DNA of 64,000 bases from Mustelus asterias (taxonomy: Eukaryota). How positions within the stretch are numbered: position 1 is the stretch's first letter; every line of letters starts with the position of its first letter. A program made the position numbers and the translations under genes. Location: the NCBI RefSeq assembly GCF_964213995.1, contig NC_135801.1, forward strand, positions 116,374,001 to 116,438,000. The letters run 5' to 3'. Positions 51,276 through 62,400 of the stretch are shown in pieces. A model generated the notes under the pieces. That model was given only the letters and a program-made list of their open reading frames with translations, ran no database searches and had not been told where the DNA came from.

Positions 51276-51508
51276 AGTAAGAGTTTTAACAACAGGTTAA
51301 AGTCCAACAGGTAGCAAATGCCATTCGCTTTCGGAGCGCTGCTCCTTCATCAGATGAAGTGTTTTGGAGCAGATTTCCACTCCATCTGACGAAGGAGCAG
51401 CGCTCCGAAAGCTAATGGTATTTGCTACCAAATAAACCTGTTGGACTTTAACCTGGTGTTGTTAAAACTCTTACTGTGTTTACCCCAGTCCAATGCCGGC
51501 ATCTCCAA
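51276..51508. mobile_element. Palindromic non-autonomous Penelope-like insertion (family A) with 13-bp TSD
   Basis: Inverted arms 51276-51360 / 51378-51475; ATCCTTAACCAGT at 51266-51278 and 51509-51521. Confidence 0.85.
51382..51418 (+). ncRNA. Minimal type I hammerhead ribozyme motif (PLE-associated)
   Basis: CCAT-CTGACGA-A-GGAGC(AGC)GCTCC-GAAA-GC-TA-ATGG: stem I CCAT/ATGG, CUGANGA core, 5-bp stem II, GAAA, palindromic AGCT, UA cleavage site. Confidence 0.72.
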
Positions 51509-51950
51509 ATCCTTAACCAGTCCAGCCTAATTGTAACTCCAAATCCACAGCAATGTGGTTGAACCTTAGCTGCCCTGTGAAATGGCCTAAAAGCCACTCC
51601 ATTCAAGCCAATTGGGGGTGGGCAACAAATGCTGGTCTTGCCAGTGACACCAGTATCCCATGAAAGTAAAACTTAACTGATTAATGCTCAGTTTGGGTTC
51701 TTCCAGTGGCAGGAGGTAGTTTTGAGCGACCTATGTTTGTATTGTTGGATATTAGAAATGAGATATAGATTTAACTGAATTTAGCTTAGTATTTATGTGA
51801 AAGAAAGTTAAATCTCTACATTCTTATTAAACAAAGGTGTTTGGATGTATGGGGATTTTAAGTTAATTTCAAACTGTGTCTGCATTGTGACTTGAGAGTT
51901 TATGAAGTTAAAAGCAAACAGAGCTTAAAGGAAGACTGGGCAATTGCTTA

Positions 51951-52630
51951 ACACAGTAAGAGTTTTAACAACACCAGGTTAAAGTCCAACAGGTTTATTT
52001 GGTAGCAAATGCCATTAGCTTTCGGAGCGCTGCTCCTTCGTCAGATGGAGTGGAAATCTGCTCTCAAACAGGGCACACAGAGACACAAACTCAAGTTACA
52101 GAATACTGATTAGAATGTGAATCTTTACAGCTAATCAAGTCTTAAAGATACAGACAATGTGAGTGGAGAGAGCATTAGGCACAGGTTAAAGAAATGTGCA
52201 TTGTCTCCAGACAGGACAGCCAGTGAGATTCTGCAAGTCCAGACAAGCTGTGGGGGTTACCGATAGTGTGACATGAACCCAAGATCCCGGTTTAGGCCGT
52301 CCTCATATGTGCGGAACTTGGCTATCAGTTTCTGCTCAGCGACTCTGCGCTGTCGTGTATCGTGAAGGCCGCCTTGGAGAACGCTTACCCGAATATCAGA
52401 GGCCGAATGCCCGTGACCGCTGAAGTGCTCCCCCACAGGAAGAGAACAGTCTTGCCTGGTGATTGTCGAGCGGTGTTCATTCATCCGTTCTCGTAGCGTC
52501 TGCATGGTTTCCCCAATGTACAATGCCTTGGGACATCCTTTCCTGCAGCGTATCAGGTAGACAACGTTGGCCGAGTTGTAAGAGTAGGTACCGTGTACCT
52601 GGTAGATGGTGTTCTCACATGAGATGATGG
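51951..52630 (-). mobile_element. Young 5'-truncated Penelope-like element (family A) with open GIY-YIG C-terminus and 15-bp TSD
   Basis: Minus strand SANVVYLIRCRKGCPKALYIGETMQTLRERMNEHR...GLNRDLGF; GGCAATTGCTTAACA at 51939-51953 and 52629-52643; CpGs retained. Confidence 0.92.
52012..52048 (-). ncRNA. Minimal type I hammerhead ribozyme motif, identical to 51382-51418
   Basis: Reverse complement is CCATCTGACGAAGGAGCAGCGCTCCGAAAGCTAATGG; lies about 210 nt downstream of the GIY-YIG stop codon. Confidence 0.72.
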
Positions 52631-53599
52631 CAATTGCTTAACAACCAGGGGCTACCTTTAAGTTAGAAAGACCTGTTGCATTTAGTTTTTAACTGGACCC
52701 AAGGCAGTTGGAACTTAGCAATTATGAGGAAACAGCTCTCACCCCTCTATCAGAAGGAATGCAATGGAGTAATGGAAAGTCCCAGGAACTAAAGGACAGA
52801 TAGTTTAAGGAAGTGAAAAGTGAATCCCAGGAAACTGAAGTTAAAAGGACAAAGAACCTGGAAACTGAAGAAAGTTACTATTCATTGGAATTAAAGACAT
52901 AGCTGAAAAGTGCAGATCTGGCGAAGTTGGCTCGCGAGAAGCCAGATATCTGAAGCAATCCTAAGGTTGGTGAGGTAGTAAAGCAGTAGCATTCTATTGG
53001 CATGGCTGGATATTTGAGAGATTAGGTGGAAGCTTGAATGCACATGGAAAATCAAGGCAGAGGCATACTGAAAGGAGAGAGAGAAATCCTGAAAGTGGAT
53101 CCTTGCTAAAGTAGCTAAGGGAAAGTTTAGTTTGAAAGAAGATTCTAAGAAGTGACTTTTTGACAGTGAAGTTTGGGAAAGACTTATGTGGAAGCCAGAG
53201 TCCAGTGAGCCAAGTTGGCTCATGGTGTAATACTCATCTGGGGGGAATTGAGAAATCCACAAAAGTTATATTGGGTAGCATCTGCTGCTTGGTTTCAAAG
53301 TGGGGTGCCTGTTGTTTTACAGGGACTCTGTCTTTACTTAGAACACTGTAGTGTAAGATATATTTTGTAACCTATGTTATTTTAAAATCAGTGTACATTT
53401 ATGAAGATAAGTGTGAATGAAGGAGTATTGTACTATGTAAAACTTTTCATGTTTAATAAATTTATTTTTTCTTTTGCTAAAAGCTAATTGTCAGTCCTGC
53501 GACTCTGTTCATCCATGTTTCTAAAAAAAAGATAAAAGTTACAGACTGTTGAGCCAGGGTTCCATTCTGGGACCTTCTCTACGATTATAACAAAGGAGG

Positions 53600-56500
53600 A
53601 AGTTGACTCCAGATCTCATTTCAATCTTGGTCCAAACATGGACAAAACATTTGACCAAGTGTGAATTCAAGGAGCCCGAGCAAAATTGAAGTCAGTGTCA
53701 AAAGTGGGGGAAAGATTTCCACTGGTTGAAGCCATACCTAACACAAAGATGCTTGTGTTCGGTGGAGGTCAGTTATCCACGGACATATCTGCTGGAGTTC
53801 CTCAGCGTAGTGTCCTAGGCCCAACCATTTTCAGCTCCTTTATCATTGACCTCCACCGTAAGATGGGGATGGTGGGGGCAGGAGTGTTCCATCTTGGCCT
53901 CCTTGTGAGGTCTCCAGGATCACAATACCAGTCTTCAGCTAATTCGATTCACTCCATTGATATCAAGAGATGGCAGAAGGCACTGGATACTGCAAAGGTT
54001 ATGGACCCTGACAACACTCCAGCAATAGTACTGAAGATGTGTGCTGTAGGATAAGCTGCACCCCAGCCAAGCTGTTCCAGTACAATTGTAACACTGGCAT
54101 CTACCCAGCAATGTGGAAAATTGCCCAGGCATGTCCTGTCCACAAAAGCAGGACAGATCCAACCCAGCCAATTACCATAGAACCATAGAAAATTACAGCT
54201 CAGAAACAGGCCTTTTGGCCCCCCTTGTCTGTGCTGAACCATTTTATGCCTAGTCCCACTGACCTGCACTTGGACCATATCCCTCCACACCCCTCTCATC
54301 CATGAACCCGTCCAAGTTTTTCTTAAATGTTAAAAGTGACCCCGCATTTACCACTTTATCTGGCAGCTCATTCCACACTCCCACCACTCTCTGCGTGAAG
54401 AAGCCCCCCCCTAATACTCCCTTTAAACTTTTCTCCTTTCACCCTTAACCCATGCCCTCTGGTTTTTTTCTCCCCTCGCCTCAGCGGAAAAAGCCTGCTT
54501 GCATTCACTCTATCTATACCCATCAAAATCTTATACACCTCTATCAAATCTCCCCTCAATCTTCTACGCTCCAGGGAATAAAGTCCCAACCTATTCAATC
54601 TCTCTCTGTAACTCAGCTTCTCAAGTCCCGGCAACATCCTTGTGAACCTTCTCTGCACTCTTTCAACCTTATTTACATCCTTCCTGTAACTAGGTGACCA
54701 AAACTGTACACAATTACCACCCCATCAGCCTACTCCCGATCATCAACTACGTGATGGAAGGTGTCATTGTTAGTGCTGCCAAACTGCACTTACACAGCTG
54801 CTCACTGATGCTTAGTTTGGGTTCTGCTGGAGCCACTTAGCTCCTGACCTCATTACAGCCTTGGTCCAAACATGGACAAAAGAGCTGAATTCCAGAGGTG
54901 AGGGTGACTGACCTCAACTTCTAGGCTACATTCGACCAACAAAACTGGAGCGAATGGGAGACGGTGGGGCGGAGAGGGATAGGAAAATAGTTTTACAACT
55001 ATTGGTAGGAACAGTACCACAAAAGTGAATACTAGCTCACATGATTTCCAGAGTTTGAGAAGACAAAGTCCAGAGGGTGCTTCCTTTGTGGTGGAGTTCA
55101 GTCCCAATGAGTTTCTAGTTGAAGACAACAACCTGAAAATCCTTGAAATGAAGACATGGCAGCATAATAGGCTTTCTGTGCTTAGACAGCTTGGCAGACG
55201 TTGATCAGAGACTTTAAAACTCAAGCAGATATCAAGGAGTTGATTGATGGTAACTGGCTGCTTGCTCAGCTGGGCTTCTAGAGTCTTTTCCAGTTGGTGT
55301 GAAAACAGCAGTCTGAGGATTTCTCACTTCTCAAAGGAATATAGAGATTTCAGAAAGGTCACTTAAGTCATGTGATCTCATTTCTCCACAATGATTTCAA
55401 AAGAGATGTTTATCTAGTGTCTGGAACTGTCTTTGTTTTCAGGACTGATAATGTCCCAGTCATTAGCTTTAATAGTTACCATCTATATTGTGGGTTCTGT
55501 GTTGGGTAACCATTGTATAGGCAGACCCTCTGACTGTACGAGAGAGTAATCTTATCAAGATGCAAATGATATCCCTTTTTCCCCTCAATGGTCCCCTTTT
55601 GAAATGGACCCAGATAGACCCAGATGTGAGAAGTCTGTTGGTAGATTTGCAGGCATAACAAGTTTTGATCTAGGAGTACCCTGTCCTCTATGATTACAAA
55701 GAGTCTTCCATTCACTCCAGTTTTGTTGGTCGAATGTAGCCTGGACGTTGAGGTCAGTCACCCTCACATCTGGAATTCAGCTCTTTTGTCCATGTTTGGA
55801 CCAAGGCTGTAATGAGGTCAGGAGCTAAGTGGCTCCAGCAGAACCCAAACTGAGCATCAGTGAGCAGATTACTGCTGTGTTAGTGCTGTTAGGTAGCACT
55901 GATAATGACACCTTCCATCACTTAGTTGATGATCGAGAGTAGGCTGATGGGGTAATTGGCTGGGTTGGATCTGTCCTGCTTTTGTGGACAGGACATGCCT
56001 GGGCAATTTTCCACATTGCTGGGTAGATGCCAGTGTTGCAGCTGAACTGGACCACAGGCTAAAAGAGGATTTTTTTTTTGTTCATGTTACTACTGTTGGT
56101 AGCTTCCAGAATAAAGGACCAATCCTGTGGTCATATGACTTGTCGCAGCCATCTTTTAGTTAATCAGGAAGTCCATTTTAAACATAGCCAAAAAAAATAA
56201 AATTTTGGATTTCTTTTCATGTCATGTTGACACAATGCCTGGAGCATTACTACAGGAGTTTCTCATGGTGTTGTACTGGGCCCAATAATCTTTAGCTGCT
56301 TCATTAATGACCTTCCCTCCATCACAACGTCAGAAGTGGGGATGTTTGCTGATGATTGTGCAATCATGTACAATGTTCAGCAACATTTATGATTCCTCAG
56401 GTTTTAAAGCAATCCGTGTCCATGTACAGTGAGACCTGGACAATATCTAGGTTTGGGCTGACAAGTGGCAAGTAACATTTGTGCCACGCAAAGTTTTTCA

Positions 56501-57770
56501 AGTTTATTTATTAGCCACAAATAGGCTTACATTCACACTGCAATGAAGTTACTGTGAAAATCCCTTAGTCGCCACACTCCGGTGCCTGTTCGGGAACACT
56601 GAGGGAGAATTTAGCATGGCCAATTGGCTTAACCTGCACATCTTTGGACGCTGGTAGGAAACCTGAGCACCTGAAGGAAACCCATGCAGACACGGAGAAC
56701 ATGCAAGCTCCACACAGACAGTGACCCAAACCGGGAATCAAACCTGGGTCCCTGATGCTGTGAGGCAGCAGTGCTAACCACTGTGCGACCGTGCCGCAAG
56801 TACCACAGGCATTGACCATCCCCAACAAGAGAGAATCTAACCATTTCCCATTGACATTCAATTATATTACTGAATCCATAGAACCTCTACAGTGCAGAAA
56901 GAGACCATTCAACCCACCAAGACTGCACCAACCCTCCGAAAAAGCATCCCATCCAGGCCCTCCCCTCCACTCTGTGCAATTACCATGGCTAATACCCCTA
57001 ACCGCCACATCTTTGGACACTAAGGGGCAATGTAGCATGGCGAATCCCCCTAATATGCGCATCTTTGGACTGTGGGAGGAAACCCGAGTACCCGGGGAAT
57101 CTCCCACTATCAACATCCAGGCAGTTACCATTGATCAGAACCTGAACTGCACCAATAAATAAATAAGCCACATAAATACTGTGACTGCAAGAACAGATCA
57201 GGGGCTGGAAATTCTGTAGAGAATAGCTCATCTCCTGACTCCTGAAAGCCTGACCACCATATGCAAGGCTCAAGTCAGGAGTGTGATAGAATACTGTCCA
57301 CTTGCCTGGATGAGTGCAGCTCTAACGGCACAAGAAGCTGAACACCATTCAATAAAAAACACCCCACTAGAATGACACCCATCCACTGTCTTAACCATTC
57401 ACTCCCTTGGCCACCGATGCACGTGGCAACTGTGTGTACCATCTACAAGATGCATTACAGAACTCCCTAAGTCTCCTTTGACAACACCTTCAAAACCCGT
57501 GATCTCTCCCATCTAGAAGGACACAGGCAGCAGCTCCATGGGAGCACCACCATCTTCAAGTTAAGCCCCACACCATCCCGACTTGGAACTATATCACCAT
57601 TTCTTCACTGTTGCTGGATCAAACTTCTAGAAACTCTTCCTATCAGCACTATTGCTACAACCCAAACTGAAGTGTTCAAGAAGGCAGTTCACCACCACCT
57701 TCTCAAGGGCAATTGGGAATGGTCAACCACTGCTGATCTAGCCAGCAATGCCCACACCCTATGAACATCA
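53600..57770 (+). mobile_element. Fragmented old CR1-like LINE(s), with nested SINEs (56495-56797 -, 56875-57095 -), a CR1 insertion and an inverted duplication
   Basis: AGVPQRSVLGPTIFSSFI; MFADDC; tgggctgacaagtggcaagtaacattt; 3' tail gccagcaatgcccacaccc. Confidence 0.72.
54178..54710 (-). mobile_element. Young CR1 3' fragment with 9-bp TSD CAATTACCA
   Basis: QRRFTRMLPGLEKLSYRERLNRLGLYSLERRRLRGDLIEVYKI; nearly identical to 58058-58590. Confidence 0.93.
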
Positions 57771-58055
57771 GGTCGCACAGCGGTTAGCACTGCTGCCTCT
57801 CAGTGCCAGGGACCTGGGTTCGATTCCCAGCCTGGGTCACTGTCTGTATGGAGTCTGCACACTCTCCCCATGTCTGTGTGGGTTTCCTCTGGGTGCTCTG
57901 GTTTCCTCCCACAGTCTGAAAGATGTGCTGGTTAGGTGCATTGGCCATGCTAAATTCTCCCTCAGTGTACCCGAACAGGCGCTGGAGTGTGGCGACTAGG
58001 GATTTTCATAGTCACCTCATTGCAGTCAGCCTACTTGTGACACTAATAAATAAAT
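57770..58055 (+). mobile_element. V-SINE, tail B
   Basis: GGTTCGATTCC B box, V-domain, gtgacactaataaataaa tail. Confidence 0.88.
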
Positions 58056-58057
58056 TT

Positions 58058-58758
58058 TAGAACCATAGAAAATTACAGCTCAGAAACAGGCCTTTTGGCC
58101 CTTCTTGTCTGTGCCGAACCATTTTTTGCCTAGTTCCACTGACCTGCACTTGGACCATATCCCTCCACACCCCTCTCATCCATGAACCCGTCCAAGTTTT
58201 TCTTAAATGTTAAAAGTGACCCCGCATTTACCACTTTATCCGACAGCTCATTCCACACTCCCACCACTCTCTGCGTGAAGAAGCCCCCCCTAATATTCCC
58301 TTTAAACTTTTCTCCTTTCACCCTTAGCCCATGCCCTCTGGTTTTTTTCTCCCCTAGCCTCAGCGGAAAAAGCCTGCTTGCATTTACTCTATCTATACCC
58401 ATCAAAATCTTATACACCTCTATCAAATCTCCCCTCAATCTTCTACGCTCCAGGGAATAAAGTCCCAACCTATTCAATCTCTGTAACTCAGCTTCTCAAG
58501 TCCTGGCAACATCCTTGTGAACCTTCTCTGCACTCTTTCAATCTTATTTACATCCTTCCTGTAACTAGGTGACCGAAACTGTACACAATACTCCAAATTC
58601 GGCCTCACCAATGCCTTATATAACCTTACCATAACACTCCAACTTTTATACTCGATACTCCGATTTATAAAGGCCAATGTACCAAAGGCACTCTTTATGA
58701 CCCTATCCACCTGTGACGTCACTTTTAGGGAATTCTGTACCTGTATTCCCAGATCCCT
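58058..58758 (-). mobile_element. Young CR1 3' fragment
   Basis: LVRPNLEYCVQF...ERVQRRFTRM; FFTQRVVGVWNEL. Confidence 0.93.
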
Positions 58759-59369
58759 TAAACAAGTGTTTTAAAAATTCTTGTCGATCAGTGGAAACAA
58801 TTAATCATATCGTAACTCTCCTGGTTTTAACATTTCATTCTCGAATTTTCTCTGGCCTAGCAAGAAAATCTTGAACTTCCCAGCTGTCTTTAACTGTAAT
58901 CTCTCATTTCTAATAACATCCTAATGTTGATGACCTTCACAGCACCCATTAATATTCCTATTTCTAGTGGTAAGCCCCTCTTTACAGAGCATTCATCAAC
59001 CAATCTCCTTCAAATTTATCATGTGTTTCTACCTCTTTGAGAGATGAACAAATAAATAGATTTATCTTTCTATAGAACATTCCATTCTTGGATTATAGGT
59101 GCCAGAGCTCTGTAGTGATTATCTTCCATTGTGTTATAGACTTTTCTGTTTGTTCTAAGGTCTTTGTTGGTCATGTCCTTATTGCAGATTCTTAGTTCTT
59201 GCTATGACCATTAGATGGCATCTGGAAAGCTTGGTAGAAGGGTGGAATGCTTTCTTGAGATTCATATTCCTTTAATGTTGTGCGTGCATCTGTTTTGGTC
59301 ACTTTTGCATTATACTTCTTGTTTAATGTCTAGGATTTTACCTAAATTTGCAGCAAAACATTTCTTAAA

Positions 59370-59482
59370 ATGACCACCACTTCAGAGAGGAAGTTTATAA
59401 ACCTGCGAAAGCGTTTAGATCAACTTGGCTACAGGCAGCCCCTCGGGATCGAGACACTCCCATTGGTGGAAAAGCTTTTCAG
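59370..59482 (+). CDS. CEP135: CEP135 (centrosomal protein 135/Bld10) first coding exon; exon begins at 59334
   Basis: gtctag|GATTT...AAAATG; MTTTSERKFINLRKRLDQLGYRQPLGIETLPLVEKLFS; donor TTCAG|gtattt; phase 2. Confidence 0.95.
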
Positions 59483-60489
59483 GTATTTTGAAGAACATTC
59501 ATATGTCCTTTGCTCTGCTGTATTTTTTTCAGACCAATTGAGAGGATCATTCTATGTAGGAAAACACTACATATGTCACATTTCAAAACATTGTAATTTC
59601 CTTCCTTTAAAAAGTAATCTATAGCATTGTATTGTTACTGGTAAAATGACCAGTTGTGCAGTAATTTTACTACTAATCCAAATAGATACCCATTTTTTCC
59701 AGCACACTTGAATGTCACATTTCCTATCCGTAAATTTTGTTCCATGCTTATGCTTGAGAGGCTGAAATTTCAAATTTATGTAAAACAGATTGAAACAATT
59801 GACAAAATACCAATCAAACATAGCAACAAGTAAATAAACTTCAAATGAAAACCACTGGGAACATGCAAAACCAATTAAGAATTGACAATCAGCAAGAGCT
59901 GCTAAAAACCTCAAAGGAAAAACTCAAACAATCATTCAAAGTATTTTTTAAAATCTTTGTTTCTCCTCTAAGCTATGGAAATAAAACTCACAATAAAATA
60001 CAAAGTTTACAAACAACATTGATATCATCGTTTTTGTGCTTTTGAAATGTCTTGAGCAATGTTTTCCTTGAGAGGCTTGTGATTAATTTGAGAAGCCCAG
60101 CTTCAGAAGTTCAGAGGACCTCCTTTATCTTTCATTGTAAATTTGCAAAAGTTGCGAACTCCCTGAATTATTTTTAAATTAGGAAGAGCAAGACTGGACT
60201 TCAAAGCAAACTAGGTTTGATAATTGTAAGCTTCGTAAGGCCCCTCTCCCCATCCTCTATGTAATCGACCCTCTAACTCTTCTTCTACACCGCCCCCACA
60301 CTACCCGAACACACAACAGCTTGTGGGAAGCTCTGACCTGAGCCTGTGTGGTCTGCGGCTCTGGCTTTTCAGGTAACATTTTTAAATGGGCTTGAGAAAG
60401 TCTCAAGACGGAAACATAAAACCCGGGAGGCAACCTGGGCACCCCATCCACCCACTCCTCCCACCCACTCTCTGCCCCACCTGTGATAG

Positions 60490-60582
60490 AGACTAGATTG
60501 TGCATTGGACTCCACTGTCACATGAGAACTCACTTTGAGTGTGGGGGCAAGTCATCCTCGACCTCGAGGGACTGCCTAGGAA
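60490..60582 (+). mobile_element. RTE-like LINE 3' tail
   Basis: gcaagtcatcctcgacctcgagggactgcctag, a stem-loop tail typical of RTE elements (from memory). Confidence 0.45.
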
Positions 60583-60771
60583 GTGTTTTTTAAAAAATAT
60601 ATGTAGTAGAAATGAAATCAAATCAATGATTATGCCTTGATGAAAATGGAAAATAATGCAATAAAAAGGCTCCTGCACTTCTGTAAGTTTTAAAGAAGCT
60701 ACTGCTGTTTGTAGTTTAGAAGATATCTCCATCACTGTGCAGCGTTCTAAACAATAGCTAATATGTTGCAG

Positions 60772-60962
60772 TGATTTGGTGCACACAACAGAAAGCCTTC
60801 GCAATGCCAAACTATCATCTGGGAAAACGGAAAAAGAGAGCAAGAACTTGGACTCTGTACTTGAACCGTACAGAGCTGAGAATGCACATCTTGTCCAAGA
60901 GAACAACAAGCTCCACCAGGAATTACTGAAACTCAAGGAAGAGTCGGATGAACATATCAAAG
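60772..60962 (+). CDS. CEP135: CEP135 second coding exon, 191 nt
   Basis: gttgcag|TGATTTG...AAAG|gtatga; DLVHTTESLRNAKLSSGKTEKESKNLDSVLEPYRAENAHLVQENNKLHQELLKLKEESDEHIK. Confidence 0.95.
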
Positions 60963-61069
60963 GTATGAATGAGCCAATTTTTAAAGCACTTGATGTAACA
61001 ATATTGCTTTTTTTTGTAGACAAATGGGAATTATTTTGTCTGCACAAATCTTAAACGATTCTTTAATAG

Positions 61070-62400
61070 CAGCTTGTATTTAAAAAGCACCTTTAACATA
61101 GCAGATTGTTCAAAGATACCTCAAAAAAGGCTAATCAGACAAAAGTGGATACTTAATCAAAGAATGAGGCATTAATTGGGATTACCAAAAGCTTGATCAA
61201 AGAAGTGAGTATTAAGGACATTTAACTTATTTATAGAGCTTTAATGTAACTAATGTAAATAACAAACCTCACCTCATTTCACAGGTGTGTTCTACAGAAC
61301 ACTGCAATGGGCAAGAATGTTGGGTGAGCTGGACTTGCTACAGCTGAGGATGTGGAAGCGAAGAATGGTAGAATGTGGGAGATCAGCCAGAACTGCTTTG
61401 GAATAGTTAAGTCTAGAGGTAGCCAATGCTGGATGAGGCGTAGATGAGCTATGGCAGGGCAGAGTCAGATGATGCTACAGAAATGGATATAGGCAGACTT
61501 TGTGATGGTTTGGTTATGTGGTTGGAAGTTTACGTCGGGGTCAAGTATGAGAGCAAAGTTACGGTTAGATTGGGTTAATTACAGGCAACTACCAGGAAGA
61601 GGGCTGGAGTCAGTAATTAGGAAATAATGTACCAGGGAATGAAAATAATGGCTTCAGTTTTCTCAGTATTTAATTGGGGGAAATTTCTGCTCATTCAGCA
61701 CTAGATGTTAGATGTACATCTGATAATTTTGAGACAGTGAAAGAGCCAAAACAGGTGGTAGTGAGGTAAACCTGGATGTCGTCAGCATACATGTGAAAGT
61801 GGATACCATGATTTCAGATGATGTTGTAAATGTGATGCAAGAGAGGGTCAAGATCTAGGGGGAACACAAAAGTCTAGTGGTTCAACATGAAAAGATAAAC
61901 TTTTGCAGCTAATTTTCTGGCTACATTTAGATAGTTAAGAATGGAGCCACCCAATGTTGGAGGCAGATGGCGTGGTCCACATGACAAAGGCTGCAGACAG
62001 GTCAAGAGGACGAGGAGGAATGGTTTGCTTTCGTTGCAGTCCTTTGGTAAAAGTCATTTTGGTGCTGTGGCAGGGATGGAAACCTGATCAAAGGATTCAT
62101 ATCTGGAATTCTGGGAAAGGTGCACGGATTTGGCAGGTGAATGACACATTTAAGGACTTCGGAGAGCAAAGGGAGGTTGGAGTGTAGCAGAAGTTAGCAA
62201 AGAAGGGGGAATCGAGGGCTTTTTTTTTGAGGAGATGTGTGATGATGGCACATTTGAAGATGAGATTGGGACAGTACCTAAAGACCGAGAAGAGTTAACA
62301 ATATCAGCTAAAATGGGGACCAGGAAGGGAAGTTGAGTGATCGGTTTAGTGGGAATTGGTGTTAGGCTAGGATACAGATTTGGATGAGTTGGTTTTTGGA
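61070..62400 (-). mobile_element. Ancient L2-type LINE fragments; related pieces at about 3020-3345 and 3700-4010
   Basis: Reverse YADD motif (gatgtcgtcagcatacatgtg, 61775-61795); shared accaaaagcttgatcaaaga at 3068 and 61184. Confidence 0.65.

Larger units (their letters stand above)
51735..53592 (+). mobile_element. Possible solo LTR hosting the PLE insertion
   Basis: TGT...ACA ends, purine-rich interior, AATAAA at 53455; no convincing TSD found. Confidence 0.3.

Noticed and set aside
60493-61047. 184-aa minus-strand ORF
   Set aside because: Antisense shadow of a CEP135 coiled-coil exon; no recognisable domain
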